Source: Naegleria gruberi (taxonomy: Eukaryota). From it: 64,000 nucleotides of DNA. The position numbers were made by a program, and so were the translations under genes. The stretch is from the NCBI GenBank assembly GCA_000004985.1, contig GG738882.1; one strand, given 5' to 3'. The notes beneath the pieces are model-generated. The model worked only from the letters and a program-made list of their open reading frames with translations, did not search any database and had not been told where the DNA came from. Positions 44,612-56,545 of the stretch are shown here, one piece after another (within the stretch, counting starts at the first letter, position 1; the number at the start of each line of letters is the position of its first letter).

Positions 44612-46801
44612 ATGTCCTTCACCGCTTACTTTAGCTATCAGGCAAATTTACGGCCAGCCTGGAAGACCTACTACATTTCATACCCAGAACTTAAGAATGC
44701 ACTCCATCACATTAGAGAGGAACTCACACAAATGAAACAAGAACAAAAGGAGCATCGGAAACGAAGATTGCAACAACAACAAGAAGAGGAGAGGAAAACC
44801 TCAGAAAATTCTGCCCTATTGTCCTATCAGCAACAGGCTGTAACAAGTGGAGATAGTAATAATAATAATAATACAACAATAGTATCATCGTCATCATCAT
44901 CACTGTTGCCTGCTAATAGCAGTGGTGCATTGAATCCAATTGAAAACTTTGGATTATCACTGCGGAGAGTCTATTCAGAACAAGATTCATCAATTCAGGA
45001 GAATGATGGAGAGAAAATAGGAGGAACCATTGTTGATGATTACTTTTTCAGATTGGAAATTGGAGAAAGTTTGAATATGCATATTGAAAATTTCAAAAAC
45101 ATGTTTAAAAAGGACGTAGAGACTGTTTTTAAAAAGTACAATTTTGAATTGAAGAAAGTCAATGAAATAACATTGAGAACACAAAAGGAATTGTCAGAAG
45201 CAAGAATGAAACCATTTTTCAATAGTGAAACTGGTCCAGTACTGAAAGAGAAATTTGTTGAAATTTACAGAGAGTTGGAATTTCTCTACAGCTTTTTGCA
45301 TGCCAACAGAATTGCTAGTAATAATTTATTGACTAAATTTGAATTTTGTGGTGAACATTCAAGAGATTTAAAACATTGGTATGAAGATTTACCAAATGCT
45401 GACTTTAGCACCAATCAATTGAAACAAAGTATGGAAAATGTCGAACAGATATTTGCCAAATATTTCACATCCTCAGATCAGAGTAGAGCCTTGTCATTCC
45501 TTCGTGAACCTTCCACTCACCACACCCACGGTGACACTTTCAAATTGGCTCTGGCTATTGGTTCCATTGTGCCATTGTTTGTCCTTCTGGTTGCTGTGTG
45601 GTTCTTTAAGGAGCCATCAATTAATGATATTCCAGGTTTCTTTGATGTACTTCCAATTTTCCGTTCTATCATGTTATACATTCTCTATGGTTGGCTCTAT
45701 GGATTGAATTTGTTTGTTTGGGAAAGATACAAGGTCAACTTTGCCTATCTTTTTGAATTTGATCCAGTGAATCACTTGAAAGCTATCAAAATTTGGAAGA
45801 CAACTAGTGTTTTGACAGTTTTTTGGTTCTTTTTCTTTTTCCTTTACATGATAACAGTGAAAGGTTATTTAACAATATTAGATGCTTCATGGTATCCATT
45901 AATTATGAGCTTGATGATGGTCTTTATTGCCATTTTACCAATGCACTTTGTTCACTTGAGTGCAAGATATACTCTCCTTAAGGTCTTGGGTAAATTGTTG
46001 ATCACACCATTTGGTCACATTAGATTCAGAGAATTCTTTGTTGCTGATGTTTTAACAAGTATGGTTATTCCAATAACTGATACAGCTTACATGTTGTGCT
46101 TTTATTTCTCTTGGAGTAGTGGTGAAAATCAATGTCATGAATTTAACAAATTCTTGGGTCCTTGCCTTACTTTCCTTCCTTTCTTGTGGAGAATGTTACA
46201 GTGTTGCAGAAGATTTTACGATGACAGATCACAAAAGAGTCAGCTTCTCAATGCTCTCAAATACGTTGCTGCTCTCTCTGTGATTTTATTCAACACCTTG
46301 CACGTCAATTTGGAAGATAACGATGCTTGGGGACCTTTCAGATATATTTGGATTATTCTGACACCAGTCAGTACTGCCTATGCTTTCACTTGGGATATTC
46401 TGATGGATTGGGGCTTATTCAAATTCAAACAAGTTAAGGAAGAGGAAAGAGCCAAGACGAAATTGGAAGCAATTAAGAAATTTTTCACCTCACAAACAAT
46501 TATGGGCTACAAATTTGTAATGCGTAGCAGAAGAATTTATGGTAGAAGAAAACTTGTCTATCGTTTGGCAATTGCTTTCAATTTGATTGCTAGATTTGCA
46601 TGGGCTGGTACCATCTCAACTTACTTTAAGCAAAATAAGGAATTTTTAGCCATTCTCTTTGGTAGTGTCGAGTTGATGAGAAGATGTAGTTGGAGTGTCT
46701 TTAGATTGGAATGGGCAGCAATCTCTAATGATGAGGGCTGGCGTAAACATGGAATTGGAGACTTGGCATCTATCTATCTTGGTATTAACACTTCAAAATA
46801 A
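44612..46801 (+). CDS. XPR1: SPX-EXS domain phosphate exporter (XPR1/PHO1/SYG1 family)
   Basis: N-terminal SPX (MSFTAYFSYQANLRPAWKTYYISYPELKNALHHI...), about 8 TM helices, and a C-terminal EXS domain (WDILMDWGL..., RFAWAGTIS..., FRLEWAAISND). Confidence 0.8.
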   Translation: MSFTAYFSYQANLRPAWKTYYISYPELKNALHHIREELTQMKQEQKEHRKRRLQQQQEEERKTSENSALLSYQQQAVTSGDSNNNNNTTIVSSSSSSLLPANSSGALNPIENFGLSLRRVYSEQDSSIQENDGEKIGGTIVDDYFFRLEIGESLNMHIENFKNMFKKDVETVFKKYNFELKKVNEITLRTQKELSEARMKPFFNSETGPVLKEKFVEIYRELEFLYSFLHANRIASNNLLTKFEFCGEHSRDLKHWYEDLPNADFSTNQLKQSMENVEQIFAKYFTSSDQSRALSFLREPSTHHTHGDTFKLALAIGSIVPLFVLLVAVWFFKEPSINDIPGFFDVLPIFRSIMLYILYGWLYGLNLFVWERYKVNFAYLFEFDPVNHLKAIKIWKTTSVLTVFWFFFFFLYMITVKGYLTILDASWYPLIMSLMMVFIAILPMHFVHLSARYTLLKVLGKLLITPFGHIRFREFFVADVLTSMVIPITDTAYMLCFYFSWSSGENQCHEFNKFLGPCLTFLPFLWRMLQCCRRFYDDRSQKSQLLNALKYVAALSVILFNTLHVNLEDNDAWGPFRYIWIILTPVSTAYAFTWDILMDWGLFKFKQVKEEERAKTKLEAIKKFFTSQTIMGYKFVMRSRRIYGRRKLVYRLAIAFNLIARFAWAGTISTYFKQNKEFLAILFGSVELMRRCSWSVFRLEWAAISNDEGWRKHGIGDLASIYLGINTSK

Positions 46802-46840
46802 TAAAAATTAATTCAATTATTAAGTTAAATACAGGTAGAT

Positions 46841-49465
46841 TTATAACAAATGTTTAATACGATCTAAAAAGCTCTCTGCAACAGAATCACTTGTCTTTTT
46901 TTCAGTCAGGTACTCTTCCAATACCTGAACTGCTTGTGGGTATTGAGAGGCAAAGAATAGCTCACAAGCTTGATGATACTTTAACCAACGATTTTTCTTT
47001 TCTTTGGCTTCCAATTCATACATCCATTCTATTATTTGATTAAAGATTATATTATTACTAATACTAAAAAATTATTACTTACCATCTGCTGTAACATCAT
47101 TACTTTCTCCCAATTCGTATATTTTTCTTGCGTGATAGGCAACTTGCTGTGTTGAGGCCAAAAGAGGTGATGAATAATAGTCATCCTCAATCATATCCTT
47201 AGTGTCGACATATCTTGCTTGGAATTGATTGTTATTCTTTTCGAATAATTCTTCTGAAATGACAATATCCAAATCGAAACGGTTGGCGATCTCAATCATC
47301 ACTTCAGTATTGTACTGATGACTTCCCAGAACAGAAAAGTTCATCACTTGCTTGGATCCAACATTTCCACACAAATTACTCTGACAATGTGCAACTATTC
47401 TAAACTTGAAATCATTCAATAGAGCTTGATGTGATTTCAAAATTGAATTTTTCGACAACTTTCCTTCCTTAATAGAATTTAACTTGGCAAGAACAATTGA
47501 GCTCATTTGAACACCTTTCAACTGGTGATTTGATTGATCATTAGTTGCATTAAAATGAATGCTAAGTGTTTCATTTTCGAATTTACCAATTTGCCCATTA
47601 TTTGCTCTTGCTATCTGGCCAACACTTTCGAAAATATCACTCAAAATATTAACACATTCATTGGGATTGATGCTGAGCAACCATTGATTCAACCCTTGCA
47701 TGTAAGTATTCACAAAAGTAACTTTCCTTTTCTCCAAATAGAGAGAAAACATATTCCCTGTTGGCTGTTTTCCAAACTTTCCAGATTGACGAAGATCGCT
47801 GTGAGAGCGACTAGATTTACTGTACATGGATTCTTCACGCTTGGAGTTGGACACAGCTGTGGAACTTTCATGATTTTCATTATTCGATTCTTGAGTACTT
47901 TCTTTTTGAGAATTTCCATCCAATTGCATTAACAAGTGAGGTGGAATGAATCTTCTGTAGAGCTTAATTCTTCCAATCATACTCTTAAAGTGAGTTTGAA
48001 GGGATTTAACCTCAGAGAATCGAGTCTTGTAAAGGTGTAGATTTTCAAGTTCCATATTCGAAACCATCTCAAATGCTTGTATGAGGTTATTGAATGGCCT
48101 AACAATTTTGAGAGAGAACAAGATAGCCATACTTATACTAGCCCCAACAATTATAATTGCTCCCAATAGAGCACAAATTATAGCAATAACCATAGAGCCC
48201 ATATAATTCCATTGTGGAACTTTAAACACCAGAATCCTAAAAGTTACAAATCAATATAAATTCTGAAATTCTGTATTGAAAACTTACCAATCAATACCTT
48301 CATTTGTACACAATCTTTGAATGGATATGAAATCAATGAGTGTAGTTAAATCCTGCTTGGTATTACATGCAATTTCATTAAACGTTTTAAATCTATTGTA
48401 AATAATGTTACCCGTCACTGAAATGTCACCACCAAAATCTAGAGCTGTCTTTCGATGAATTACTCCCTGATTATCCCAGGTGGCCACAACAGCATCTGGA
48501 TCATCACTTGCAATAATGAAATCTGTCTTTTTTTCAATTACAAAAGCAGTAGATCCTCTCACTGATTTTGTAATCTCAATCAAAAAATTCGAAACTGTTG
48601 CAACACTCATATCAAAAGCAAAATGGAATGAGAAATTATCTCCTGGTTTGATTGTTCCAACATTTGTAAAACTCGAAACTGTAGTCAAAAAGACGAATTG
48701 TGGCATTGTTGGATCGGCATATGACAGTGTGACAACTGGATTGCCAGGATTAGTCGAAGCAAACTGAGCTACATAGTTTGAGGTGAATGGTGGAATCACA
48801 ACATTCGGCTCAACAGTTCTATTGCAATACTCATTTGAAGCAATATCTCTACATTCCCAAAAATATTGATCCAAACCAAGTGTAGTATTAAAGTATTGAG
48901 CTGAATCACCCAAATTGACCATTCCATAATTAGAACCATCTGGATAACCAATATATACAGCTAGAACCACTTGCCTGAGATAGTTCTTTACAACCTTGAA
49001 CGTTTTATAGGTGTGTCTCTCTAGAGAAATGGGATCCAGATAATTAAAGTCATTGTAAAGTTGAGCTTTGACAGATTCCACAACAAGTAACACATCCTGA
49101 AGTGTTCTCTCAATGAACGAAACAATTTTTGAGAAATCTTCCTCCCTCACTTTTGTACTTTGCTCTGCAATTGAAGAACTAAATGTACTTATCCAAATAA
49201 CTGACAAGACAATAACAGAAATCAACACCAATAAGGAAATCATGAGCATCAAAAGAAATTTGATTGAGGAAAAGAAGGAAGGTTTGGATTCGTCCTTTTC
49301 AAAACTTGATTGACTAGTACTTTCCAATAATTGATTTTGCTCTTCAATGGGATAGGATTTTTCAGGAGAGGAGGTGGGTTTAACTCGTGTCATTGTTTTT
49401 TTTTGTTTCGAATAATAGTAATGTAAGAGAGATTGATATTGTTTGAAATGAATTACAAAATCCAT
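46841..49465 (-). CDS. Receptor-type (extracellular domain + TM + class III cyclase-homology domain + TPR-like tail) nucleotidyl-cyclase-like protein, probably catalytically inactive; exons 49465..48288, 48236..47083, 47028..46841
   Basis: The N-terminal TM and large ectodomain are joined by the phase-2 intron 48237..48287 (GTAAGT...TTTTAG) to a second TM (MGSMVIAIICALLGAIIIVGASISMAILF). After that comes a CHD (VTFVNTYMQGL..., IGKFENETLSIHF, FRIVAHCQSNLCGNVGSKQVMNFSVLGSHQYNTEVMIEIANRF). The phase-1 intron 47029..47082 (GTAAGT...AATAG) joins the tail ...EWMYELEAKEKKNRWLKYHQ. About 839 aa. Confidence 0.55.
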
Positions 49466-49846
49466 GTTTCGGCACTACATGCCAAATATTCCAAATAAGA
49501 TGTGAATCTTAACAAATTTGGAGTAATTCAACCATGCATTAGTATTCAGGTAACGTGATGGGATTGTAAACCAAAAAGCTTACATTAGAGAGATTGAGAG
49601 TGTATCAAAACGTGGTATTAATTTGATAAGATTATCTTTAGTCTATCAATTAAAATCAGATATGTTGCCCAAATTAGAGAGTTTTTTGTAGTGGAATTTA
49701 GATGGGTAGAAAATCATGATTTACAAATTCAAATTGTTTCATTCAAAATGAAATAAACTTTATTGAAAACTAAGCAATTTTGCAATTTGCTTCAACCAAT
49801 TTCACAAAGTAAGAGAATGTTCTTACACATCTCTTATCATAGATAT

Positions 49847-50425
49847 TTAACGAAGGTACAAAGTTGAAGGAGAAAGTGGGTTGAGAGAACCTGTTGAAGC
49901 AGATGCATTTCTCAGTTTGTTCTTTTGTGGAGTTTGCAATGAAGAGCTTGTCAACTTCTTAATTCTTGAAGGTTGTGTCGAGGTTTGACCCAGCACAGAT
50001 AATGTAATATCTTTGAGTGGATCTCTAATATTGTTGTTAGGTGTTGTTGTACAGTTAGACTTTGAGTTAGAATTATTATTGAAGAGATTTGATGAGGAGG
50101 ACATTGGATAGACCCTACCAGTTAATGGGTCAATGTTTTCCTTGTTAATACCACATGTTAGCAGATGAGGATTTACATTCAGGTCAACATATCCCATTGC
50201 TGCTTTTGTATTTTGTTTGGTAGATGATATTATCTTTCCATTGTTAATATTATTATTATATTGTTGGTTGTAGTTATTGTTATTAGTCACTGCTAGCATC
50301 ATCATGGATTTATTCGAGGACATCCTTGATGACAACATGGGTGTAGACTTTGAACAAGATGTACGGCTCAGAGTTTGTACCTCATCAACGGAGCATACAT
50401 CTTCATAGACAGTGTAGGATGGCAT
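49847..50425 (-). CDS. Small Asn/Ser-rich protein with KEN box and RxxL D-box (candidate APC/C substrate, securin-like)
   Basis: 192-aa ORF with start context aaaaacaATG. It has a KEN box (GINKENIDPLT) and a D-box-like RDPLKDITL. The rest is low-complexity N/S/T-rich. Confidence 0.35.
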   Translation of the reverse strand: MPSYTVYEDVCSVDEVQTLSRTSCSKSTPMLSSRMSSNKSMMMLAVTNNNNYNQQYNNNINNGKIISSTKQNTKAAMGYVDLNVNPHLLTCGINKENIDPLTGRVYPMSSSSNLFNNNSNSKSNCTTTPNNNIRDPLKDITLSVLGQTSTQPSRIKKLTSSSLQTPQKNKLRNASASTGSLNPLSPSTLYLR

Positions 50426-50870
50426 TGTTTTTGCTTTTTTTTATGAATGATTTTTCAAATCTTTTCCCGCTTTTATTCACCGTTACACTTTTCTCTCTTT
50501 CAAAACCTTTCAATTTATTGATGGTAAATACAATCGGCAAGAATGTAGAGAATTAAATGCATGTAAAGATACTGACATCTCTTCTAGAATTATCAAAATA
50601 GTGCCTTTGAGATTGAGAGTAAGAGATGGAAACTCTTCGCAAATTTAAAGAATTCCATCTGTAAAGGGTGTGAAAGAGATGAATGTCTGTCAATCAACTT
50701 TTTTGGAAGTATTGATGGTCAACCGTGCTGTTGAATAAAATTTACAGTGATTGCGATAGAAAGTATTAGAGTTGATGAATTGAAAAATAGAAACACTCAT
50801 CTACAAATTAAGAGAACGTCCCTGCCTCTTTTGAAGTATTGAATCTTGTGAAAAGATATTATTTTGCATC

Positions 50871-52409
50871 TTAAATGTCCTTATCATTTTGAACTAGTGT
50901 TCTGAGAGCCATGTCAATAGCACGTTGCTTGTCCTCTTGTGGAAGGAGAGCTACAAAATAGATGAGCTCTCTTAAACCATTAGAGAAATCCTCAAGGGTA
51001 GATACTGGTTGAGTAGATTGAGGTACTGGAACTTGAATGGCTGTATTGGATCCATGAATTTCCTGTAGCCTAGCCCTCTTTTCATCAATTAATCTCTGAA
51101 TCTTTTTCCTCTTTTTGCTTTCGGCTGTTCTTTGTGGCTTCTTCCTTCTAGCAGAGGTAAGAAAAGGAGCTCCCTGTACAATGCAAAATGGTAAATCATC
51201 TTCATAATAATCCTCAGGGAAGTAGTATCTTATTTGAATGGTAAATGCTCGATTTTTGTAGTGAGCCGACACTACATCAATGTTAAATTTTGTTCTATTT
51301 TCCATAATTGAGTTGGGATCTTCTCTCTGTGAGAGTGGCTTCATCAATTCCAATCCTCTAATATCACCGGCAATAACATCCTTAGTGACTCCTCCTTGTT
51401 TTTCTGGAATTAAATTTGCAGGAACTGGTATTTGATTCATTTCTACAACCTGAACTATTTTTTGAACTTCCTCTCCAGTATCACGGAATGCCAATTTAAT
51501 ATCAGCAATAATCTTTTCGTAATTTCTCCTAATTTTCTCATGGAATAGTACTGTTTGATGAAATTGGTAAACAAGAGATGTGTACAAATTTTCTGGAATG
51601 TAAGGAGTTGGATCATCACTTCTAGTTTGCAAGACATATGAATAATCAATTATTGGAGATTCTGATCCAATTAACTCGATGAGTTTTTGATTTTTGGCCA
51701 TGAGTGAAAATATTGTCTCATTGATAAATGAATTCTCTTCGTGTGAAATTTCAATTGGTGCAGAGCTGGATCCAAAATTATTCGAAGAAGTATAGAGAGT
51801 AGATGTATTTGTTGGATAACAAATCTGCCATTCTCTCAAATCCACATTTTCCTCATCCTCCTCATCTTCCATCTCCTCATCATCCTCTGTAGTGTCACTT
51901 TCGTCCATTTCCGATGAAGAATCTTCATCCGAAGACGAAATCACACCTTCGGAACGATTTGCCATCATTGATCCATTATAACTAGCACTATCATTAATCA
52001 TACTACTGCTACCCATACGACTATGCATTGCTGATGATCCTACCCCCAGCCTATTTTCCAAATTCTCTTCATCAAGCCTAAAATAAATATTATTAAAATT
52101 TGGCTGACGACGATGTTGATGATGATTTTTCTGAATACTCGCATAACTACTACTCTGTGATTCGTCATCATCCTCCATACTAATCATTCTATTATCGATA
52201 GGATTGATAAATGGATAACCCGAACCATAAGAAGAAGAATTAATTCTTGTTGTATTAGCACTCATTGATGATGAAGTGTTGGTTCGTTCCAAAATATTAA
52301 TTCCATCACGAATCATACCACTGATCATTTTAGCTTCATCTTCCGAAGATTCCGATGTCTCATCTAAAAGTGCAGCGTCATATTCATCGTCAGACGATGA
52401 CGAACTCAT
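50871..52409 (-). CDS. Hypothetical protein with an acidic/Ser-rich N-terminal half and a structured C-terminal domain
   Basis: 512-aa uninterrupted ORF with start context aaaaaaATG. Acidic tracts (DEEMEDEEDEEN). The C-terminal 250 aa are complex and non-repetitive (…FHQTVLFHEKIRRNYEKIIADIKLAFRDTGEEVQKIVQ…YFPEDYYEDDLPFCIVQG…) and then basic KKRKK. Confidence 0.5.
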   Translation of the reverse strand: MSSSSSDDEYDAALLDETSESSEDEAKMISGMIRDGINILERTNTSSSMSANTTRINSSSYGSGYPFINPIDNRMISMEDDDESQSSSYASIQKNHHQHRRQPNFNNIYFRLDEENLENRLGVGSSAMHSRMGSSSMINDSASYNGSMMANRSEGVISSSDEDSSSEMDESDTTEDDEEMEDEEDEENVDLREWQICYPTNTSTLYTSSNNFGSSSAPIEISHEENSFINETIFSLMAKNQKLIELIGSESPIIDYSYVLQTRSDDPTPYIPENLYTSLVYQFHQTVLFHEKIRRNYEKIIADIKLAFRDTGEEVQKIVQVVEMNQIPVPANLIPEKQGGVTKDVIAGDIRGLELMKPLSQREDPNSIMENRTKFNIDVVSAHYKNRAFTIQIRYYFPEDYYEDDLPFCIVQGAPFLTSARRKKPQRTAESKKRKKIQRLIDEKRARLQEIHGSNTAIQVPVPQSTQPVSTLEDFSNGLRELIYFVALLPQEDKQRAIDMALRTLVQNDKDI

Positions 52410-52798
52410 TTTTTTTGAATGTTGTTTTTAACATTCTTTAAGAATATTTTGTAAACAATAAAATTACAATATTTTGTAAAGTATTTGGGCAATGGAAAGG
52501 AAGATTTATAAAGCAACTCCTGAAACATTCAATTACTTACCAATCTCCTCCTAATGGTTCACAAACAATAATGTGCAAAGTGCTTGCTACGGAGATTTGT
52601 CAAAAAGCTCTCGGACTTTTAAAAAAAATGAAAAATCTGCAACTCTGAATTTTGGTCAAATTTCATCAGCGTTAAGATTTTCATCACACCATCATATCAG
52701 TTAATATAGAAAATTAATAATAATAATTTAAATAGAACAAATATAACAAGAAAATTATATATTGTACATAAAGAGCGGAAAAGTGGATTTTTTGAAAT

Positions 52799-55598
52799 AT
52801 GGGAAATAATATTAAATCAGCCAGTAATGATCGGGAGGCCCCTACTAGGAGTTTATATGAAGAAGAGGTATCCCCATCAGCTTCATCATCAACAAATTAT
52901 CAAGACGATTTGCAGAGTTACAAGTCATATATTACACAACATCAAATTATTGATCAAATACAATTTCGATCACTTCCCGATAAGTTTTGTAGTGTGAGAA
53001 TTTTGATAATGCAAAGTGGAATGAATGGCAATACACTCATGTACGATACTCATCATGATAATAACTTTAAACAATTTAAAGCCAAATTAAATCAAAATAC
53101 AAAGGAGGTTAATGAAAGATTTAGAAAAATGCAAATGTTGAAGAGTACAAGAGCTGTCAACAAGATTAAGACCAGCTCACCATCTTTGAAACCACTATTG
53201 GGAGGTTTATCTCAAAATAATTTGAATCAATCCTTCCAATCACAAACAAATAATACTTCGAGTAATAATAATATTAATAACAAACAATCAGTGGGAATGA
53301 ACGATACTAGTATTCTAGGTGAAATATTATTTGGATCTATTCCAATACAGATACTTGGACAAAATACTAAAATTCACACTCTTTCACAGCACAAACAAAC
53401 CTGTCTCAGTAAGGTGTTCAGAGTTGGTTTGCCAGTCAGTACAATAATTAAGACAGACGTACAGAGTGATCATGGAGATGACTCTAGCTCAACATCAAAG
53501 GATATTCCACCAAATACAGAACCAAATCCAAACCCCGTTAGCACATCACCAACACCATCACCAACTGTGAGAAATAGAGCTGTCAGTATAATTCAACAAC
53601 CAAATGCAAACCAAGTATCAGCAACTGCTTATAGTCCAAACACCTTGGGTACTCGTAATAGAAGCTATTCCACATCTGTTACAGATGCCATTAGAGATAA
53701 TTTCACTGAAAAAGCAGCTGCTGCCTCTACTACCACTGAAGATACAAAGCAAGCTCACAAGAAGAAAGACAGAAAAAAGAAGCTACACAAAGATCAGGAT
53801 ATTTCATTCATGTGCAAATCTTCATTTGGAATAGCTGTCTTATTGGTTTTCCATGACTGTGGAGAAGATAAGGATGAGCTTCAAAATCCAAGTCAGTTGC
53901 AAAGACTCATATTCTCTCACTTCCCAATATTTGAACACAAACTGAGAAAATTGCTCAACTCTTGTAAAAACTCAATTCAAAACTACCTGAAGAAGAAAGT
54001 TGATGAAGCTCGAGAATCAGACAAGCTAGACGAAATTTTCAGTGGTTTTACTTTCAATATCAAATCATTCCATGGATGTCTTCAAGATTCTGAAGAAATT
54101 TCTAATGCATCCATAGATTTCAACAAGTTTATTATCTCTTTCCTACATGCGCCTCGTTTCAATGTAAGTGTCTGATATGTATTTATTTTCTCACTTATCT
54201 TTTTAGGAACCAATTTGGCAATCACAATCACTTTTGCCTCTTGAAAAATCTAACAATTTCTCTACCTTTTTAACTGATCTTGCCTTGCTAACGAGGAAAG
54301 ACGAACAACATCTTTCATTCTTTTCTCTAGTGTTGACTACCATTTTATCAAACCACCTTTCATGGGTTTCACAATTCATACAATCTGAAAGGAGTGACTG
54401 TGATGATAATCCTTCACTACTCATTCAGAAATATCTAAAATCTCTGTATGGAAGTGGCTACCTTCCAACATTGACATCTGGTGAACAAGACAAGAAAGGT
54501 CTGAAAAAGTTTTGTAAAATAATTGTTGTTGGAAGTAATAACAAAGATATTAGATATTGTATATCCATGATTACGTTCCTCCTTCAATCAACTCTACTTT
54601 TAGAAAAAGAATTTTCCATTGACAAGCCTCAACAATCCTCCAATCTCGATTCTAAATTCCTTCCAGAAACTCTTTTAACCCTAACTCCAATGCAATTTGT
54701 TGAAATGAAACCTCCACTTAAAACTAAGCCACGACAAAAACACTCCCACGACACAACGAATCCAAATATAGCTATTCATACAATAGAGAGTGATTCAGAT
54801 GAAGATTCTGAATATCATATCAAACCTGTAGTTTTAGTTCCAAAACCTAATTTCACACTTGCAGCTTATGACAATAACGTTGAGGAAATGAATTTGAAAA
54901 TGAAATTCAACAAGTTTGGAAATTCACTTTTTGCTGACGTTTGTACGTGGTATTGTGGTGGATTCGTAATATCTGGCTTGCCTAGGTATGTCAATTTCCA
55001 AAAGGAGCTCATAGAAGACTTGGAATTCATTCAAACAGAAAGCATTGATGGAGATCCAAGATTACCAGATGTAGCCAGTTGCATTATAATTGATATTGAA
55101 GGAAGGTCTTGCAATGTTGTAACGAGTAAGCACAAGACAGCTAAATTCGAAGAAGGTCATAACTCTAGCATAATCTCCAAGTTATTGCACGAACTTTTAT
55201 TCCTTAGATCAGTAGATCAGACATCAGAAGGTGAAAAAGCATGTGAGCAGATATTTAAAGATACACTTTATGGACTAGTTCTAAAGACCAAGCTTATGTT
55301 TTCAATTGTGGACTCGATAGATTCGGAAACGAATAGAATTATACCAACAAACGCCGTTCATTGGCGCTCTGATTCCAAACAAACACCAACAAAGAGTTTA
55401 TCAGAACAACTCAAAAAGATACTTGTATCCAAACCTAAGAAGAATGGATCTGAGAGAATCACCTACGAGCAATTGTCTCATCTATTACATGTTAATATTT
55501 CAGACATACCCTTACTCATGTCCATTGCCAGTGCTTTCCGTAGTGATATTTCAAAGAAGGTCATTCCACATAAAGTGTCAAAAAAGAAAAAACGATAA
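52799..55598 (+). CDS. FNIP: Folliculin-interacting protein (FNIP/Lst4-like); exons 52799..54163 and 54207..55598, intron 54164..54206 (43 nt, GTAAGT...TTTTTAG)
   Basis: VRILIMQSGMNG and DTSILGEILFGSIPIQILGQNTKIHTLSQHKQTCLSKVF match the FNIP N-terminal block ([22 protein letters not shown]...SKVF). The phase-0 splice APRFN|EPIWQSQ joins the two ORFs. About 919 aa. Confidence 0.6.
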
Positions 55599-55710
55599 AA
55601 ACATAATGTGTTAGTTGCCATACCATTTAGAAGTTTATTGGAACGTCCAAACACAAATCAAACACTTCAAATTCCATCGCAATTTTAAATGGTGAAAAAG
55701 AATAGAAAAA

Positions 55711-56510
55711 ATGTCACAACAACCTTCAAAGGGACAAATAGTGAGTGGAATCTTTGCAAGTATTCTTGTGTTATTGTGCATTATAATAGTGTTGGTTACT
55801 CTGGGGACTTGCTATCAAACCACAGGAACAGAAGAACCTGTTTCAGCATGTGGAAGAAATAATTCACCCAATAGAGCTCTATTCATTGCATGTTTTGCTG
55901 TCGGAACCTGTTTGGTTCTTCTTTTCTGTCCGAGCAGATTGATATCACTTCATTATTCAACCTATGGCACGATAAAGCCACAATTCAAGAGTATTTACTT
56001 TTGGTTTTTAGTGTTGCATTTCATTCCGATGGTGTTGAGTATGCCCTTACTATTGGTAATGGCTATAATTCCAGATACATCTGATTTGGGAATGCTTCAT
56101 TTGGGAGTTGCTATTGCTGGGATGGGATTGTTGCTTGTTTATGGATTCCTTAATTGTGTTTTGAATGGTATTAGAATTGTTAGATTATTCTTTGGAAGAT
56201 TTTGGATTGTAAGATTTTGTACCTGGAGTAGGAGTTTACCAAACTGGATCTTGTGTATCTTGTTTACATTGTCAATACTCTGTAACGTTGGATTGGTTAT
56301 TGGTGCCATCATTGAATGGTTCAGTGGAAGAGTGGAAATCTTGCTGGAGAATGGGCTGCTGTTTTCTTAATTGTCAGTCAATTGATACCAATCTTTATTG
56401 AAAGCTTAATGTTAATTTTCTTGAATGAGGAAAAGAAAGAGCAAATTATCGAAGAGGAAAAGCAATCAATCATAGTGAAGAATCAAGTTGAAACTTTAAA
56501 TAAATATTGA
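55711..56510 (+). CDS. Multi-pass membrane protein (5-6 TM); the 3' end may need a noncanonical intron 56319..56377 or may be frameshifted
   Basis: Hydrophobic helices IFASILVLLCIIIVLVTL, ALFIACFAVGTCLVLLF, IYFWFLVLHFIPMVLSMPLLLVMAII, VAIAGMGLLLVYGFL and WILCILFTLSILCNVGLVIGAII. A further TM-like stretch (AAVFLIVSQLIPIFIESLMLIFL) lies in the overlapping +2 frame ORF 56316..56510. Confidence 0.4.
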
Positions 56511-56545
56511 AACTGATTTAGTGAAATAAATAATTTGTGAATTTA

